This document shows positions 14,931 to 29,535 of a stretch of DNA of 64,000 nt, piece after piece (the first letter of the stretch is position 1; every line of letters begins with the position of its first letter). Under the pieces are notes generated by a model. The model saw nothing but the letters and a program-made list of their open reading frames with translations. It ran no database searches and was not told the DNA's origin. The stretch comes from Octopus bimaculoides (taxonomy: Eukaryota), in NCBI RefSeq assembly GCF_001194135.2, contig NC_068995.1:18072267-18136266 (forward strand). The letters are read 5' to 3'. Both the position numbers and the translations under genes were made by a program.

Positions 14931-16383
14931 ACATAGCTCTGAGAGACTGAGAGGGCGCGAAGAACAGACAGATTATGTATATGTGCATGAAGCAACTTAT
15001 GTTAATATCTGTATTATATATCGCTGCCTTTGTTCTTATAATGCCTCTATACTGACCTATGCAATAATTTTAATCCATTTAAAATTTTGTTTTATATATT
15101 TATCTTTAGAGAGTTCAACGCAAAATATTTTCTTTACGCCTCTTCTTTCCTTCCACCTTTGAGTATTAGATGACATGATGGCGCTATCAAAAACATTAAC
15201 AGATGCACACATGCAGAGTTACTTTGAAATACACTTGTGTATATCCACATGAATGCATGCTGTGATACCTTTATGTGTATATTTTTTGTGTATATTTCCA
15301 TACACATACGATATTTATTTTCTCTGAATGTTTCTTTTTAAAGGTATGATTATCTATTCATAAGTGCATTGTTATATGTATTAATGTATGAATTATATGC
15401 GCATCGGAGTTAAAGCTGAATGATATGAAAAGCTTGCCATGATATTACATATTTATGCGTTCGATCCTGATGCAGAGCACAATTTATTTAAGCATTTTAT
15501 CATCTATTACTTTGTGATCACTTCTTTTTGTAAATTAAGATCTCGAATGTGAGGAATCGTTTGCGATCTATATCTAATGTGAAGAATCATTAGCGTTTTA
15601 ACAGCTGACCTTTACATGTTTTATCTCAGTCTGAGTAATTAAAAACCTCAGGCTTATCCATCACGTCGAACCATCTTCTCTCCTACTCACGGATCTCTGA
15701 GGAAAACGTAATTTCTTAACATTGTAGTCAGTATGGATACCAATAATCATGAGTTTAAAAAGCTTGCGAGAATCAGCTATGGATGGAAGAATCCTGAAAT
15801 CTGTGACCTGACCAGAATACTTCCAACACAATTGATGCCACAATTGGCACCAACACGTGTTTGATAGAAATTAATCGAACGATTGCTTATATTTACCGCC
15901 CAATATAACATGGATAAATTTAATCTCAGAACGATAAGAACTGCATGCGGGCAGAGAATCCTGTCTGGCAATCCTTGAAGATCTGTAAATGTATTGTATA
16001 TCTTATCGACTTTGTAATGATTAAAAGTAAAATTGATATAGCCGGTTTCAACTCAAAAAGAAGAAACGAGCGACTTTGTTGTAGTCTGTTTTTCTGTCTA
16101 AGCCATTAAAATGAATTCGTATCAAAATATATGATGCAAAATTATCAAAATATAAATATTTTAATGTATACTGTCAAGTTAATATAATGTACAAAGCTGG
16201 CGAAGTTGACAATGGGGCGTATATGTACTATTTTTGATTGTGCGGTGCTAGTAAATCCATGGAGTTATTAGTAGTCATTAGAAGTACCTTGATCAATTCG
16301 ATCAACCATTGAAGGCCTTTCACTTAGGACTGTTCTTTCTTATTGCATCAACTATAACAATAGTACCATGGAATCGTATTTTA

Positions 16384-16416
<33 letters not shown>

Positions 16417-16417
16417 T

Positions 16418-16760
16418 GGCAGGTGTGGCTGTATTGTAACTAGCTTGCTCCCAACCATATGGTTCCGGGTTCAGTTCCACTGCGTGGTAGCTTGGGCAAC
16501 TTGTGAGTGGATTTGGCAGACAGAAACTGAAAGAAGTCCGTCGTACATATACATGTGTGTATGTGTGTGTGTGTGTTTGTCCCCCACCATCGCTTAACAA
16601 CCAATGTTGGTGTGTTTATATCCCTGTAACTTAGTGATTCGGCAAAATAGACCGATAGTATAAGTACTAAGCTTACAAACATTAATTCCTGGGTCAATTT
16701 GGACGAGTAAATGCGGTGGTCCACCATGGACGCACTAAAATGACTGAAACCAGTAAAAGA
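16418..16760 (+). mobile_element. tRNA-derived SINE family B with internal (TG)n
   Basis: Head ggcaggtgtggctgtattgtaactagcttgctcccaaccatatggttccgggttcagttcc has degenerate A- and B-box-like motifs. It is followed by ttgtgagtggatttggcagacagaaactgaaagaag, an internal TG repeat, and the tail gaccgatagtataagtact ... aaatgactgaaaccagtaaaaga. This matches an abundant octopus SINE as I recall it. Confidence 0.85.
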
Positions 16761-17518
16761 ACAAAGGAGTTAAGGAATGGAGTAGTTAAGATCCGGGTCA
16801 CATATAATTCAAAAGAGCGGAACCTCGGAAGCGTAAATATCCAAGCGAAAGTCTACATTTTCAAGAGTAGGGGGATGTTAAAACATAGAGGATTCGATCA
16901 GAATCTGCAGAGAACACAGTAAGTATAAAGAGTAGAAATGTAGAGAGTAATTAGGAATATAAAAAAAAAAAAGTAATAAAGGGTGTAAAAAGATTAGGGA
17001 GTGAGAAGAGTGATGTCTGGCAGTATTCAGTAGGGCTATTTTGGCTGAATCACAGAGATTAGCAAGGGGAGTGGTAATTTGAAAAGGAAGACAATGGGAG
17101 GGCTGGCGAAATATGTGTGGTCAAGAGGGAGAAAAAAGTATGTTTGAAGGGAAGGGGTAGTATTAGAAATAGAAATGAGGAGAGAATGGGGAAAGAATTG
17201 TAGCGACTACTACTAACTATCAAATAAGGGATGTATAGCTGCATGCGGCGAGCGTATTTACAGCATGTAGTAGAGGTGTATGTGGGCGTATGTAGATGTA
17301 AGTATATGTACTTGTAAGTTTATAAGAGAGAGGGGGTTGCAGGTGAAATAAGAGAAAAAAACATTGGTAAGGAAAAGCAAAGAATTATATTAATGACAAT
17401 AAGGAAATAATGGAAGAATACTGGGAATATATTGGTGGTTTAATATATAATGGTAGTGAGGTTAAATAAGGGGGGAATTTGAAGAAGGCTAGGGGAAAGG
17501 ATGCGGGTAGGACTATTG

Positions 17519-18460
17519 TTATTTGTATTTTGAGAATAAATTTAATGATTGATGTTTGCAGGTAAAAATTATGCTACTGCGTTCATTAAGAGAATCCGTG
17601 GATTGCATAATAGCTAAGATCTCTGCTATGCAGAGGTCACACTTGCTATTATGGTTGCTGTATGATTTGGCGTGGGTGACTGTGGACCACTTGATAATGT
17701 AAGGAGTTCAGTAATTCTTTAATTTATGGATAAGCTAAGATAAAGATGTGCTGCTGGATTTTGCTTGGGACTTGAAACTGGGGTAACGGTTGGTTACACC
17801 AACTTTAAAGGTAGAGCTGCACTAGCCGACATATATACTGTACACTTCTAAACGGTGATTTTTGTGAGACAGCGATTATCTCAAGGATAGGAGGTTGGGC
17901 GTCGGCATTTACATAAGTCTGTAAGGGGTGTCCGATGTTTATTTATAAGGTGTGGAGTCGCAATGGCCCAGTGGTTAGGGCAGCGTTCTCGCGGTCATAG
18001 GATCGCGGTTTCGATTCCCAGACCGAGCGTTGTGAGTGTTTATTAAGCGAAAACACCTAAAGGTCCACGAGGCTCCGGCAGGGGATGGTGGCGAACCCTG
18101 CTGTACTCTTTCACCACAACTTTCTCTCACTCTTACTTCCTGTTTCTGTTGTACCTGTAATTCAAAGGGTCAGCCTTGTCATACTGTGCCACGCTGAATA
18201 TCCCCGAGAACTACGTTAAGGGTACACGTGTCTGTGGAGTGCTCAGCCACTTGCACGTTAATTTCACGAGCAGGCTGTTCCGTTGATCGCATTAACTGGA
18301 AACTTCGACGTCGTAAGCGATGGCGTGCCAACAAGATTTATAAGGTAGAGTGTGATGTATTCCTGTTATGGCCGTTTATCAAGGAGTGTCGATTCTGCCC
18401 GTGGTTTAGGTCATTTACTTATTTAACTGTATAGCGATAAAAAGCAATGTCATAAATGGT
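17519..18460 (-). mobile_element. Decayed Penelope-like element (PLE): linker and GIY-YIG endonuclease C-terminus, interrupted by a SINE
   Basis: Manual minus-strand translation across stops and frameshifts gives ..HSLINGHNRN.. / CKCRRPTSYP*DNRCLTKITV*KCTV / YVG*CSSTFK..SFKSQAKSSSTSLS*LIHKLKNY*TPYIIKWSTVTHAKSYSNHNSKCDLCIAEILAIMQSTDSLNERSSIIFTCKH. This follows the PLE pattern CNC..CPL.G.CL..VY..YIG.T..TFK.R..H..SF..T.LS..IW.LK..IKW.I..C.LCL.E..LN.R.E....C.H. The purine-rich plus-strand tract at about 16930-17518 may be its 3' tail. Confidence 0.8.
17952..18335 (+). mobile_element. tRNA-derived SINE family C, full length, with 11-bp target-site duplication
   Basis: A box TGGCCCAGTGG at 17964-17974 and B-box-like GGTTTCGATTCC at 18007-18018. 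The TSD ATTTATAAGGT lies at 17941-17951 and 18336-18346. Colinear with the copy at 37747-38121. Confidence 0.93.
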
Positions 18461-21403
18461 CTTAACTCATTGATATCTCTGACCTATATAGTTGAAGTGA
18501 AAGTCTAAATGTAAATATTCAATACAAAGGTAAATTCTTTCTCGCTCTTTTGATGATTATCGACTAACAAAAACAATTTGTAAACTTCAAAAAATGTAGA
18601 TATTTTAAGTGAAAACAATTAAAGTGGTTTGTAGTGTCTATCGGAAATGAGCATATGGCTAAATCTTAGAGAGGCGAATAAACGACAGAGTTTAAATTCA
18701 AATTGAAATAATATTACTATTCTCACACCATTTCAAGACTTGTGAAAGATGAAAGTCTTAATAAGGTGTTATATTTCTTACAACGTGTAGAATTTCTATA
18801 AATGAAAACAGATCCATAAGAGACATTGAAGTATACATGCTTTAAATTATTTGGGGATGAAAATTATTTTATGACTATGCCACAAAATTGGACAAATGAA
18901 TGTCTAGATGATTGCTGAACAGGCTAGAAATAGAAGTGATAGATGTGATTACAGAATGGATATGCTCTCTTATGACACCCCAACGTCTTAATAAATGATA
19001 GGAGACATTAGGTCATGTAATCACAAATATCATTATATATCATTGTACTCACGCAGTCAAGTAGTTAAGAACAGCACTTCGCAATTAAGAGGCTCTCACT
19101 TTGATTCTACTAGTTAGTGCTTTTGGCCAAGCGTACTTTTGCTCAAGTGTGGGTGAATTAGTTTGAAGGTAAGTCATCGCATGGATTGTACCTGCGAGCG
19201 AATGTCCCAGTATTCAAAAACTGAGCCACACTAAGTTTCCATTGAAGATTATTTTTTCAAAATATTTGGTCACTTGTAGTATACTTCTATGAGTATTTAA
19301 TTCAATACAATGAGTGACTAATCCCTATTCTATTATATGGACCAAGATATTCAATTCTTCAGTGCAGTATGTTGGATCCATCAGTGTTTAACTAGCGCTA
19401 AATATCATGAACAACAAAATGAGGAATATGGTAACTGCTGTTGTGTAAATGTAACTTCACAAAACTTATATATTTTTAGTTAGCATTGAAATGTCAAGTA
19501 GTTTATTTTCTAAGTACATATCTATTACTTTACGGTTTAAACATTGTTATATAATGAATAATTGTTTAACCGGAGTGTTCTGAGTTTTAATGTACACAGG
19601 CGTTGTTATTTTTATTCAAGAATTAGGGTGTTGACATGATTTGTATTCCGAACGTGGATATGTGTAATTAATGAGCAGGTTATTTATAAGCATGATTTTT
19701 AGATTAAAAGCAAAGAAATTGTATAGATAATTTAATGTTTTAATGTTTTGTTTCTCTTCTTTTTTGTTACTTTCCATTTCCAATTAAATCTGTTTATTTA
19801 TGTTGCTGTTTCTTCGTGTGGCGTCTGGAAGGTAAAAACATGTATGTTTATGTTCTTCTTATTATTATGTTTAATATTAAATTTTAATGCTTAAATAGGT
19901 TGTGAACTAACAGTAATTTCATTTCCTTCCTTTCAACATCCGTTTATAAACTAGGTAAACCATGCGCAATTTTGTATATTGCGTTCTGCCACGTGATTTC
20001 GTAGGCTAATGTGTTTTCAATTTAGTTATTAGAAAAATTAATAAATATTTCAATTTTCCAATTAATTTAGATGACAAAAATACAAGGAATGTTTTTCTTA
20101 CTTCAAAGTATTTTATAAGTAGAAATATCAGAACAAATATGAACAACTATATGTACAAATAGAAGAGAAATAATTAAAAATTTTTACTACAATTTTCTTT
20201 ATATTTCAGTTGACACTAATTTCTTTTGTCTCAGTGCATGGCGTGTATTAGTTTTCAACTTGTACCAAGCACAGCATCACGATTTGCAGGAACGTTTTCA
20301 ATTTCTACTTCGAGGAGAAGTATATTTTATTCGAGTACAATAAACTAAATCGATATTAAACGGAAATCAACACTTTCGCAATGATTGTGGTGAGATAATA
20401 ATGATTGATATTCCATTTGGAAAAAATTAACATGTCTTTTGCCAGTATTCTTCAGAATTAAAATCACAGCATCCATGTTTTCTCTACCTCAGACTTTATA
20501 GACTTACTTCCTTAAATTAGAAACATACAACTATAAAGGGAGTATATCATATTTCAAATGAATCTTCTAGGGGTTTGCTGGCGGTGAATTACCCTGTGTG
20601 AGATTGATGACAATGTATGCCCCATACTGAAAGAAAAGAAATTAAAATCACGGGAAATATAACGAAAATTTAAATTATTTTATAATTCATTCAATTATTT
20701 GTTGATAATAAATTGTAGAATATTACTGCTTATCCTGCTAACGCTCCATATGTATTTATATTGGATATATATCCCGTTATTAGAATAATAATATATTTAA
20801 AATCTAATTCATTCTAAACCTACCTAAATAATCCGACGGCCGAATTCAAGTCACGAAAATTTCCATAAAGTATATACTTATGTTGTAAAAGTTCAATCCC
20901 AAGCTAACCTTCTGTGAATTATATCCTGATATCCATACTAGTGTTAATCCTTAGAACAGTTAAGAAATCAATATAAATATATCTAAAAGATGTTAAAGAC
21001 ACATCTAAAGCAAAGTAAATAACTCAAATTAGCCCATGGCATATGTTGACAGATATCAGGCCAGTACGGGTATAATAAATTGACACACGGAACATAGTTA
21101 ATGCATTGGATTTGGCTTCACAAATTGTCTTGATATTTTCTGAGATAATGAAAATTGAACAGCCAATGTTAAAATTAAACAGAAATGGATGTTCTTTAAA
21201 TTAGGACATTAAAAATTATTTTGGTAAAATGAATACATGATTCGTATTAGGGTGCAATCTGCTAGTTAGCATTATGTTTCTGTCTTACTGGTACAGGCAC
21301 AGAAGCATGCACAACCCGAAACCAAACGACAAATATTCATAAGCGTGTTTTACAATAAAGAATTTTATTCTTCAGCTAGGAATCAGCTAGGAATCAATAA
21401 TTG

Positions 21404-21538
21404 AAGACAGTGAGCTGGTAGAACCGTTCGCATGCCGGGGGAAAAAAATTGCAGCATTTTGTCCGTTTTTACATTCCGATTTCAAATTTGATCCTAGCTG
21501 ACTTTGCCTCTCATCCTTTCAAAGCGGATAAAATATGT
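21404..21538 (+). mobile_element. SINE family A, degenerate 5' half
   Basis: gacagtgagctggtagaaccgttcgcatgccggg ... ttcaaatt ... gactttgcctctcatcctttc ... gataaaat. Confidence 0.75.
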
Positions 21539-21791
21539 AACAATCGACTTAAACCTCCCAACCAAACGTACTTGCCTTTTACGAGAATTTGAATCCAACA
21601 TATATCATATAATGCCACTGCGGTATTTAGCATATATTACTGGCTCAGTATGGTTCTTTAACCACAAAAATTCAATATGGGACACAATTTCCTCGTACAA
21701 ATATTCCCTCTGTAGAATATATAGTTTACTGATCAAGTGGATTCACAATGTCCATATGATTTTACAGGTCATAATATTGAAGCTAGTACAT

Positions 21792-21997
21792 GGTAGTGTG
21801 CTGGCTGATACGTTAACACGCCGGGCGAAATGCTTCGCGGTATTTCGTCTGTCTTTATGTTTTGAATTCAAATACCGCCGAGGTCGACTTTGCCTTCGGG
21901 GTCGATAAATTAAGTACCACTTGCGTGCTGAGGTCGTTCTAATCTATTGCCTTCCTACCCCAAAATTTGGGGCCTAGTACCTAGAGTAGAAAAGAAT
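21792..21997 (+). mobile_element. SINE family A, full length
   Basis: gtgctggctgatacgttaacacgccgggcgaaatgcttcgcggtatttcg ... ttcaaataccgccgaggtcgactttgcc ... ggggtcgataaattaagtacc ... ctagagtagaaaagaa; it is the reverse complement of the copies at 30724 and 35651. The central block resembles the MetaSINE/MESC domain as I recall it (unverified). Confidence 0.92.
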
Positions 21998-22336
21998 ATT
22001 GAAGCGAGCACGGTGCTAATAATATTTATTCTCAGAAGGGAGCATATTTTTAACTTAAGCATGAGTATGAATTATGTGCTTATTAATTACTGTAATTGAC
22101 TCCAATTTTCTACTTCTAATATGGAGCAGATTACAGAAGGTGATAGGTTAAACAGGCTGGAGCGTCAGAATAAGTGGCATTCACAATGCTAAAGTAAAAC
22201 ATAGAATATGCATAACGAACATTATGAACATTAAGCACACACATACTCGTGCATGTCATCACTTGAAATTAGATAACAGATGCCAGCAATATACCATGGA
22301 TAATATAAATCATTATACACCAACGCTAATTTGGAA

Positions 22337-22387
<51 letters not shown>

Positions 22388-22953
22388 NNNNNNNNNNNNN
22401 NNNNNNNNNNNNNNNNNNNNNNNNNNNNNNNNNNNNNNNNNNNNNNNNNNNNNNNNNNNNNNNNNNNNNNNNNNNNNNNNNNNNNNNNNNNNNNNNNNNN
22501 NNNNNNNNNNNNNNNNNNNNNNNNNNNNNNNNNNNNNNNNNNNNNNNNNNNNNNNNNNNNNNNNNNNNNNNNNNNNNNNNNNNNNNNNNNNNNNNNNNNN
22601 NNNNNNNNNNNNNNNNNNNNNNNNNNNNNNNNNNNNNNNNNNNNNNNNNNNNNNNNNNNNNNNNNNNNNNNNNNNNNNNNNNNNNNNNNNNNNNNNNNNN
22701 NNNNNNNNNNNNNNNNNNNNNNNNNNNNNNNNNNNNNNNNNNNNNNNNNNNNNNNNNNNNNNNNNNNNNNNNNNNNNNNNNNNNNNNNNNNNNNNNNNNN
22801 NNNNNNNNNNNNNNNNNNNNNNNNNNNNNNNNNNNNNNNNNNNNNNNNNNNNNNNNNNNNNNNNNNNNNNNNNNNNNNNNNNNNNNNNNNNNNNNNNNNN
22901 NNNNNNNNNNNNNNNNNNNNNNNNNNNNNNNNNNNNNNNNNNNNNNNNNNNNN
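22388..22953. other. Assembly gap (N run)
   Basis: N run preceded by (TA)n from about 22340. Confidence 1.
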
Positions 22954-24531
22954 ATAGTAAATGTCTCTTATGCTCAGAGTAGTATAAGTAAACATAAAGG
23001 TATTCTCCATATTTCACAAAGTTTCTTACTGAAGAGTTCTGAGGCATTTGTATATATATATTGTTTATATTCATTGTGGTACTATAACACCAGGCTTACA
23101 AATAATCAGCAAATAAAATATGGGTACGTAACCTGCCTTTAGAGAGGTACATATTGTATTGTTTGAGCTCCTAAGAGCCCTGAGACATGTTATAATCTAA
23201 CAGTTAACAGTTTCTTAGAAATATTTAGAAATGAAAGAAATTCTAGCTTATCTAAGTCAATTTTAGCTTTAAATAAACACGCTGGCAATTTGATATAGTG
23301 ATTTTAGTAGAATCTTTTAGTTTACGTAGTTAAAGTTATATGATATTAAAAGGTTTAGAAAGCAACCATAGTTCATATATTTATTCCTAACTTCGTGTTT
23401 TTAGATTATGCGTGAAATGGAGTATTAAGGACCGCGTGATAATATTCTGAAAATTTGTATACGATTAATGTTTCTGAAAGGAAATGATGACAATGTGTTA
23501 TTTAAAAGAGTAGTGGCAAATTGTTAACTCAATATATGTTTCAAAAAAATAGTCACATATCAGAAATAAGATGTTAAAATCCAAGTAATGAACAACTAAT
23601 ATAAAAACAAGAAGAACGGTAAAAAAGAAAAAAAAACACAGCGGAAAAATAAAATAAAATTTATCATGATTATACATACGAAGAAAAAAGAGATGTTCTT
23701 AGCAAAACTAAGTTGTTATTCATGAGTGAAAATTTAGCAATTCATAGAAGTAGTTAAACCATACATACAATAAATTCCGGCCATTAACACAAAAGAAGTA
23801 AAAAGAAATATCACATCAAGACGTCTACGTCATATGAGAAGAAGAGAGGAAAAGAAATACACAATATCTAAAGTGTGATATCAGAAACATAAATTTTAAC
23901 TATCATTGAAGCTTTCTCTCCATAGAAGTTATATTTATTATCACATCATTGTGAATTAAGAATTATATGTGATTTGTTTCCTCATCAATCCTTTCACATA
24001 TTTTTTCCTCAACACTATTTTGCTATACACTTCACTTGATGTAGATAATAAAATAACACATAATAGCCAGACAATGTAAGAAATGATGTGGTGATGTTGT
24101 AAGTGTACATATATACCTAGTTACACGAAAAAAAACACACTCATTCATTTATATATGTGCGTGTGCTTATGCAGAAATGTGGGTGTGTATGTGTATTTAT
24201 TATGTATTTTATGTTTTCGTATGTCGTTAAGATACTCATTTAGAAAAGAAGCAAAATGTGTTCATTTATTGTATATGCTACCCGCTACCTTCCTTTACTA
24301 ACCAACGCTACTCATTATAAATCTTTATATTATTAACCATTTATCCATCAGAAATGTGAGAACGTAACTGTTCTTGTGAAAGACTCTTTTGACAGATATC
24401 GCTAATAAGTTCTCAGAAAAAATGGTCTTAATACGATAATTTTTGCTATGTATTTTCTTATATTGAAAAGGATATTCCTGGTGGATTCATATCAGGCAAT
24501 ATCCGATCACAGTTTACTTGAGTTCAAAGTG

Positions 24532-24760
24532 AGGACGTATAGCTAAGTGGTTAAGATGTTGTATTCAGGATCGTGAGATCGTGGTTTCAATTACTCGACC
24601 GGTTTGTGTTTTGCATTCTGGAGCAAAACTCTTCAAGTTGTTCTACGATTATTTCGACAACTGACGGGTTGTACACAGTGCATCTGGTCAGACAACGTCG
24701 ATTCGATTGAGAGAGTGAGCTATTACATAGCATAAACATTTGATCACTATAAACAAAACT
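24532..24760 (+). mobile_element. Degenerate tRNA-derived SINE (head related to family C)
   Basis: gaggacgtatagctaagtggttaag (A-box-like) ... gatcgtggtttcaattactcgacc (B-box-like); the 3' part differs from family C. Confidence 0.6.
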
Positions 24761-27464
24761 TTAGTGTATATTGTTTGGCAAGAAATTACTGAACCGTTTT
24801 TTTCTCGAACTACCAGAAACTTATACGAATAGTTTACTGATGAGAAATTACGACAGCTTCCTACTATAGACAAATATTTATTGTATGTTAAATTTCCTTT
24901 CGAAAAGAAACCATGCTGTGAAATATATTATTTTCATATAATTGACCAGTCTTTCAATATTTTCGTTCTATTTTTTTCTATTCTCATATAAGGCACGTTA
25001 AGAATTTTAGTAGTTTCAAATGATGATTGTAAAGAACCCTTATTCATAGAAAATAGTATGTTTGGTGTATGTTTGTAAAGCCAGTTATAAAGCTAATTTT
25101 AAAATCATACCGCACAACTTATTATTGAATCATATTTCCTCACTGTTACATTATTTAAGCAAGTAAATACTGAATGGCATAACCAATACTATCAAACATA
25201 CCCTCTATTAGACAAATCATATTATTTAATGTGCCCTTCAGTATTTGTAAGCAGACAGTGTGTGGTTTGAGGGCGATTTGGAAATTCGTCCAAGAAGGAC
25301 GAGAGAACACATATAAGCTTCCTTGATGGTACGATTCATTATATTTTTATTACGTTTATTGTTTCGAAGAAAATGTAATGTCTTATAGATTCAACCCTAC
25401 ACTTAGTGCAAAGTAGAAACTATGAGTAACATCATTTATTTTATCTCAAACGACCAACAGAATGTCAGGGTTTTTTTAACGTCACACTTAGTTTAGAAAT
25501 TGTGTAATATGATATCTAAGGTCAGTTATCCAGGTGAGAAGGAGTCTGCTGGACTAGTTCATACGTAGACTGCAGTGGGGGTGTAGGAGATAATCTATTA
25601 TAGTAGGCTTTGAGCGGTGGGAGGCAAGGAGAGGTCATAAACAATTAAGGATAAAGGAAAAATAAAGGATAAATAAATCAAACGAAAAGGTGAAGGAAAA
25701 ATGAAAATAAAACCATACACGCCTATCAGGTAGAGGGTCGGGATACATGAATCTCGAGATAATGGTAAATGTCGAGAGGAGGAGGGAGAATGATACACAG
25801 AAATTTAGGGGCATTCAGTAGATTTTGGTTGTTACTTTTAATGACTGAAGCCATTCACACATGCATACATACATAACAACCCCTGTCTGTCCGTTTTTTT
25901 TTTCTGTCAATCACTCACTAAAAATACGAAATTTTGAAAATCTGTTATCTCTCTTTCTCTCTCTTTATACCGTCGCTAGAGGCGGACTTAACTCATGTTT
26001 GCAAATGCTGGTGTATTTCTCCGACATGAAAATTGTTAGAAGTCTGCGTATTAAACTAAGTAAAGAAGTGTTGATTTGTTCGTATAAACCTTCCGAGATT
26101 TTGCCTTAACAGCACCACCATTCAATACCTGCAACAAGTAAAGCACAAAAATATAAAAGGCTATCAATCTGGACATATTACATGTATTCGGTATTAACAG
26201 GAATTCGAATACCATTTCTAGGATTGGCAAATGTTGTAGAATCCAAGTTTTCAGGAAAACCCGGCTGCTGTTACTGCGGAGATTGATATTTAGACTCATA
26301 TTCTACATTTTGTTATATTTATCATAAAATTGAGCCGACGAATAAACGTGAGACCATGAATACTACCAAGCAATCTGTAAGATCCATCATGAATTATGTC
26401 TTGGATTGCTGAAACACCTTAAGGTACAGGGCTAATTGGAGCGTGAACTTCAGGAACATCGTGAGTTCAAATCGTGGATGCAAATATGTGAAGGAAAGCT
26501 TAAATATGGAGAAAATTTGGAAGAAATTGCACATTAAGTTTAACCATACAAATTAATGAGTCGCTCAGTTGCGGATACGTTTTGAAATTTCTTTTCCTTT
26601 TATTTTTTCTGTAACGGTGAGTTACAGCAAGCGTGAAAATTCTTTGGACTACAAGGTTATGTACGGAGGAGTTTTTCCAAGATATATCTGCGCACAAACA
26701 CTGTTGCCACCTCAGAACACTTGATAAAATTGTTATAATGTATGTAGACGCATTTGTTCACCAACCTTGACATGAAATAAGAATAGTAGTTTTAGAAATT
26801 AGTCTCCCTTTTCACTCCAAATCTAGTTCATAATCTGGTTCATAATTCAATCCGGTGTGCTCCTGTTTATAATATGATACAGCTGTATTATTCTTTACAA
26901 ATTTGTATAGACATCTAGGTTACTCAAATGGGCTTTGTGACACCTTTAGAGAAATCAGCGGATGATGCTTCACGTGAAAAAAAATTAATAATATCCTTTT
27001 TTCTTTACTTAAATAATGTCATGTGAACATAAAATTATTATCGTAATTCAATCGGCGTTCCAACCATGGCGCAGTTGGGTTAGTTAACACTTCCAAAATT
27101 TTACAAATTATGGGTATATTCAATAAGATGAATGTATATCGACCTGGTTACATGATAAATATCTCGCATTTTATTATACCTTTATTGTTTGGAAACATTA
27201 CAAATATAGGATATTCCCATTTGTTTTGCTCTAGCATAAAGTTTGTGTCTATTTAGTGTAAGTAAAATCATGAACAAAACTGTATTTCAATCAAGTTTCA
27301 TGGGCGCATCCTTAGATGTGTATCATAATTCGTCATTTAATTTAGGAAGAGATTTTATGTTTATGACATAATGTCTTATTCCCATAAAATTCTATTCTCC
27401 GAAAGCAGCTAATTAAAAATATTTCTAAATTAGTAAAATTTATTTGCTTTCTATAAAATTATAC

Positions 27465-27466
27465 AT

Positions 27467-27555
<89 letters not shown>
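27465..27555. repeat. (CA)n(TA)n microsatellite
   Basis: Read directly. Confidence 0.98.
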
Positions 27556-29535
27556 AATATTGTAATTCGCATTTGTTTCCTAGAGAAATTTAAAACTGGC
27601 TGCTATGATGATATATCATAAATTGGTGTTTATCTATGTTCTAGTTTTGTTTTCTTTCTCTTAACGATTACAGTTGTTTACAAACATTGTGTTACTTTTA
27701 TTAATTTTTTTGGAAATTCATGATATATAGGTAGATAAATATGTTTTGAATTAATTTAAGATACGTTATTTTGCCGAGAGTCACTGAAATATTGAAAAAT
27801 GCTGATAAGAGAAAGAAATCTAGGAAACATATGTGTAAATTATAAATTATAACATTATCTACAAGCGACTGCAATTAAATATTAATTAATTCAGATGAAA
27901 GAAAAAGGATAAATAATAAATATTACACTGAAATAAAATACCATTGAAAGAGAAAAGTTATATGTAATATAATTGTTAATTTGCATTTAGTAAAATATTA
28001 AATATAGGTGTGAAGTAACGTTAGTGTATTGGCTTAGAGCATCATATACCTTACACTAGTAAACATGAATTTGGAAGTTTTTCATTAGCTTACAGACAAG
28101 AAAAACAGCAGTGTTTAATATTTACATGGTTTTGATGACTAGTTAGAGAGGGGCAATTATCCAAATACCGTAGTATTTATGTGAATGCATTCAATACATA
28201 CTTAAATAGGGCCAAGGATTACAATCGAAGATCAGGTGCAGTCTTTTTCAGCACTGTTCAAAACGGGTCCTATCCGTCAGATTTCAGATCATTATTTGAG
28301 CTAAGGCTATGTTAGAGAGTTTTCACACTTAAGCCACACTGTCACTTATTTGCGAATTGAACGTTTTACCACCAAAGGATCTGAAAGAATTAAGTGCACG
28401 GCATCCATACACTAACTAAATTTTGACAAAGGCAGGTCGATGGACTTTGGTTGGATTTGAAAGTGAGAGAGAGAGAGAGGAGGATGGGGCAGCGAGAGAA
28501 AGGGGAGTCAAGAGTAGGTTAGAAAAAGAGAGAAGAACGTGTTATACAAGGCAGCAGGATAGGAGTTTCAGAATACATGTTAATCTTTAAACAAGATATA
28601 TCAATGTGAAGTGGATTTAAGAGAGCGCACTTTGCAAAATCTTCATAGGCAAGGAACAAGGTAAGGTACCCAAAGCACAAAATAAAAAGAAGAAAAGAAG
28701 GTAGGAACATACAATGCAAACTTAATAATTAAGAACGTATCATTTACTCATACATCAAGCCTAAGACGATGATTAATTGAGCAATAGTAACGCTCTATAT
28801 GAAGAAACAAGCAATATCAATGTAAGGTTTCGATGATATTCCTTACCCGCTATGGCCCAGCCGTAAAGCAGCACGTTAAACAGCTATAAGTTTATGTGCA
28901 AAACATCTACTTTTCAAAACAAGTTATTTCACACTGTTATAAGCAACACTCATTTTGTGTTTTGTTAGAAAAAAATATACTAACAATAAAGGAGTTTCAA
29001 ATTTACTTCCAGTACTGTAGCCAGTCTATGCAAACTTTTGCTTCTGTTCTTCAATGGCACTTCGATGGCTGCCAATACAAAGATGATGTTTTAAGATGAT
29101 TTTGATCACTTAACACTATAAAACTTTGTGAATGCATATGTTTATAGAGCGTAAGATATTGCAGCGTTTTTTATTGTATATATATATATATATATATATA
29201 ATATGGATTTAATCAAAAGGTTAACTGTAGTACTTAAAATGTTTGTGTCACCAGAATTAGGTAGGGTAAAATCCAAAAACAAAATCAAGAGATTTGGTGA
29301 ATTAAATTTGAAGCAAAGCAACAAAAATGTATTAGATTATAGCAGTACGTACGTTTCGTACAAGCTTCATTTATTTATGTAGTGAGAACACCACATAAGA
29401 TGTGCAATGAAAATGTACTCCTCAGCTGCATAATGGAAGTTCATTTCAGAAAGCCATTTTGTAAATGTGTGCAAATACAAGAGTAGGAGATGAAGAGAAT
29501 ATATCGGACTTTACTAAATTTTGCTAAAAAAGGCC

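Noticed and set aside
17952-18030. tRNA-like sequence with A and B boxes (also at 37747, 16418 and 21792)
   Set aside because: These are SINE heads that continue into shared SINE bodies; no complete cloverleaf, so they are not called as tRNA genes.
28480-28880. Purine-rich tracts (also 25560-25810) that might be further PLE 3' ends
   Set aside because: Only faint LLN...C-like resemblance on the minus strand; not enough to call without a profile search.
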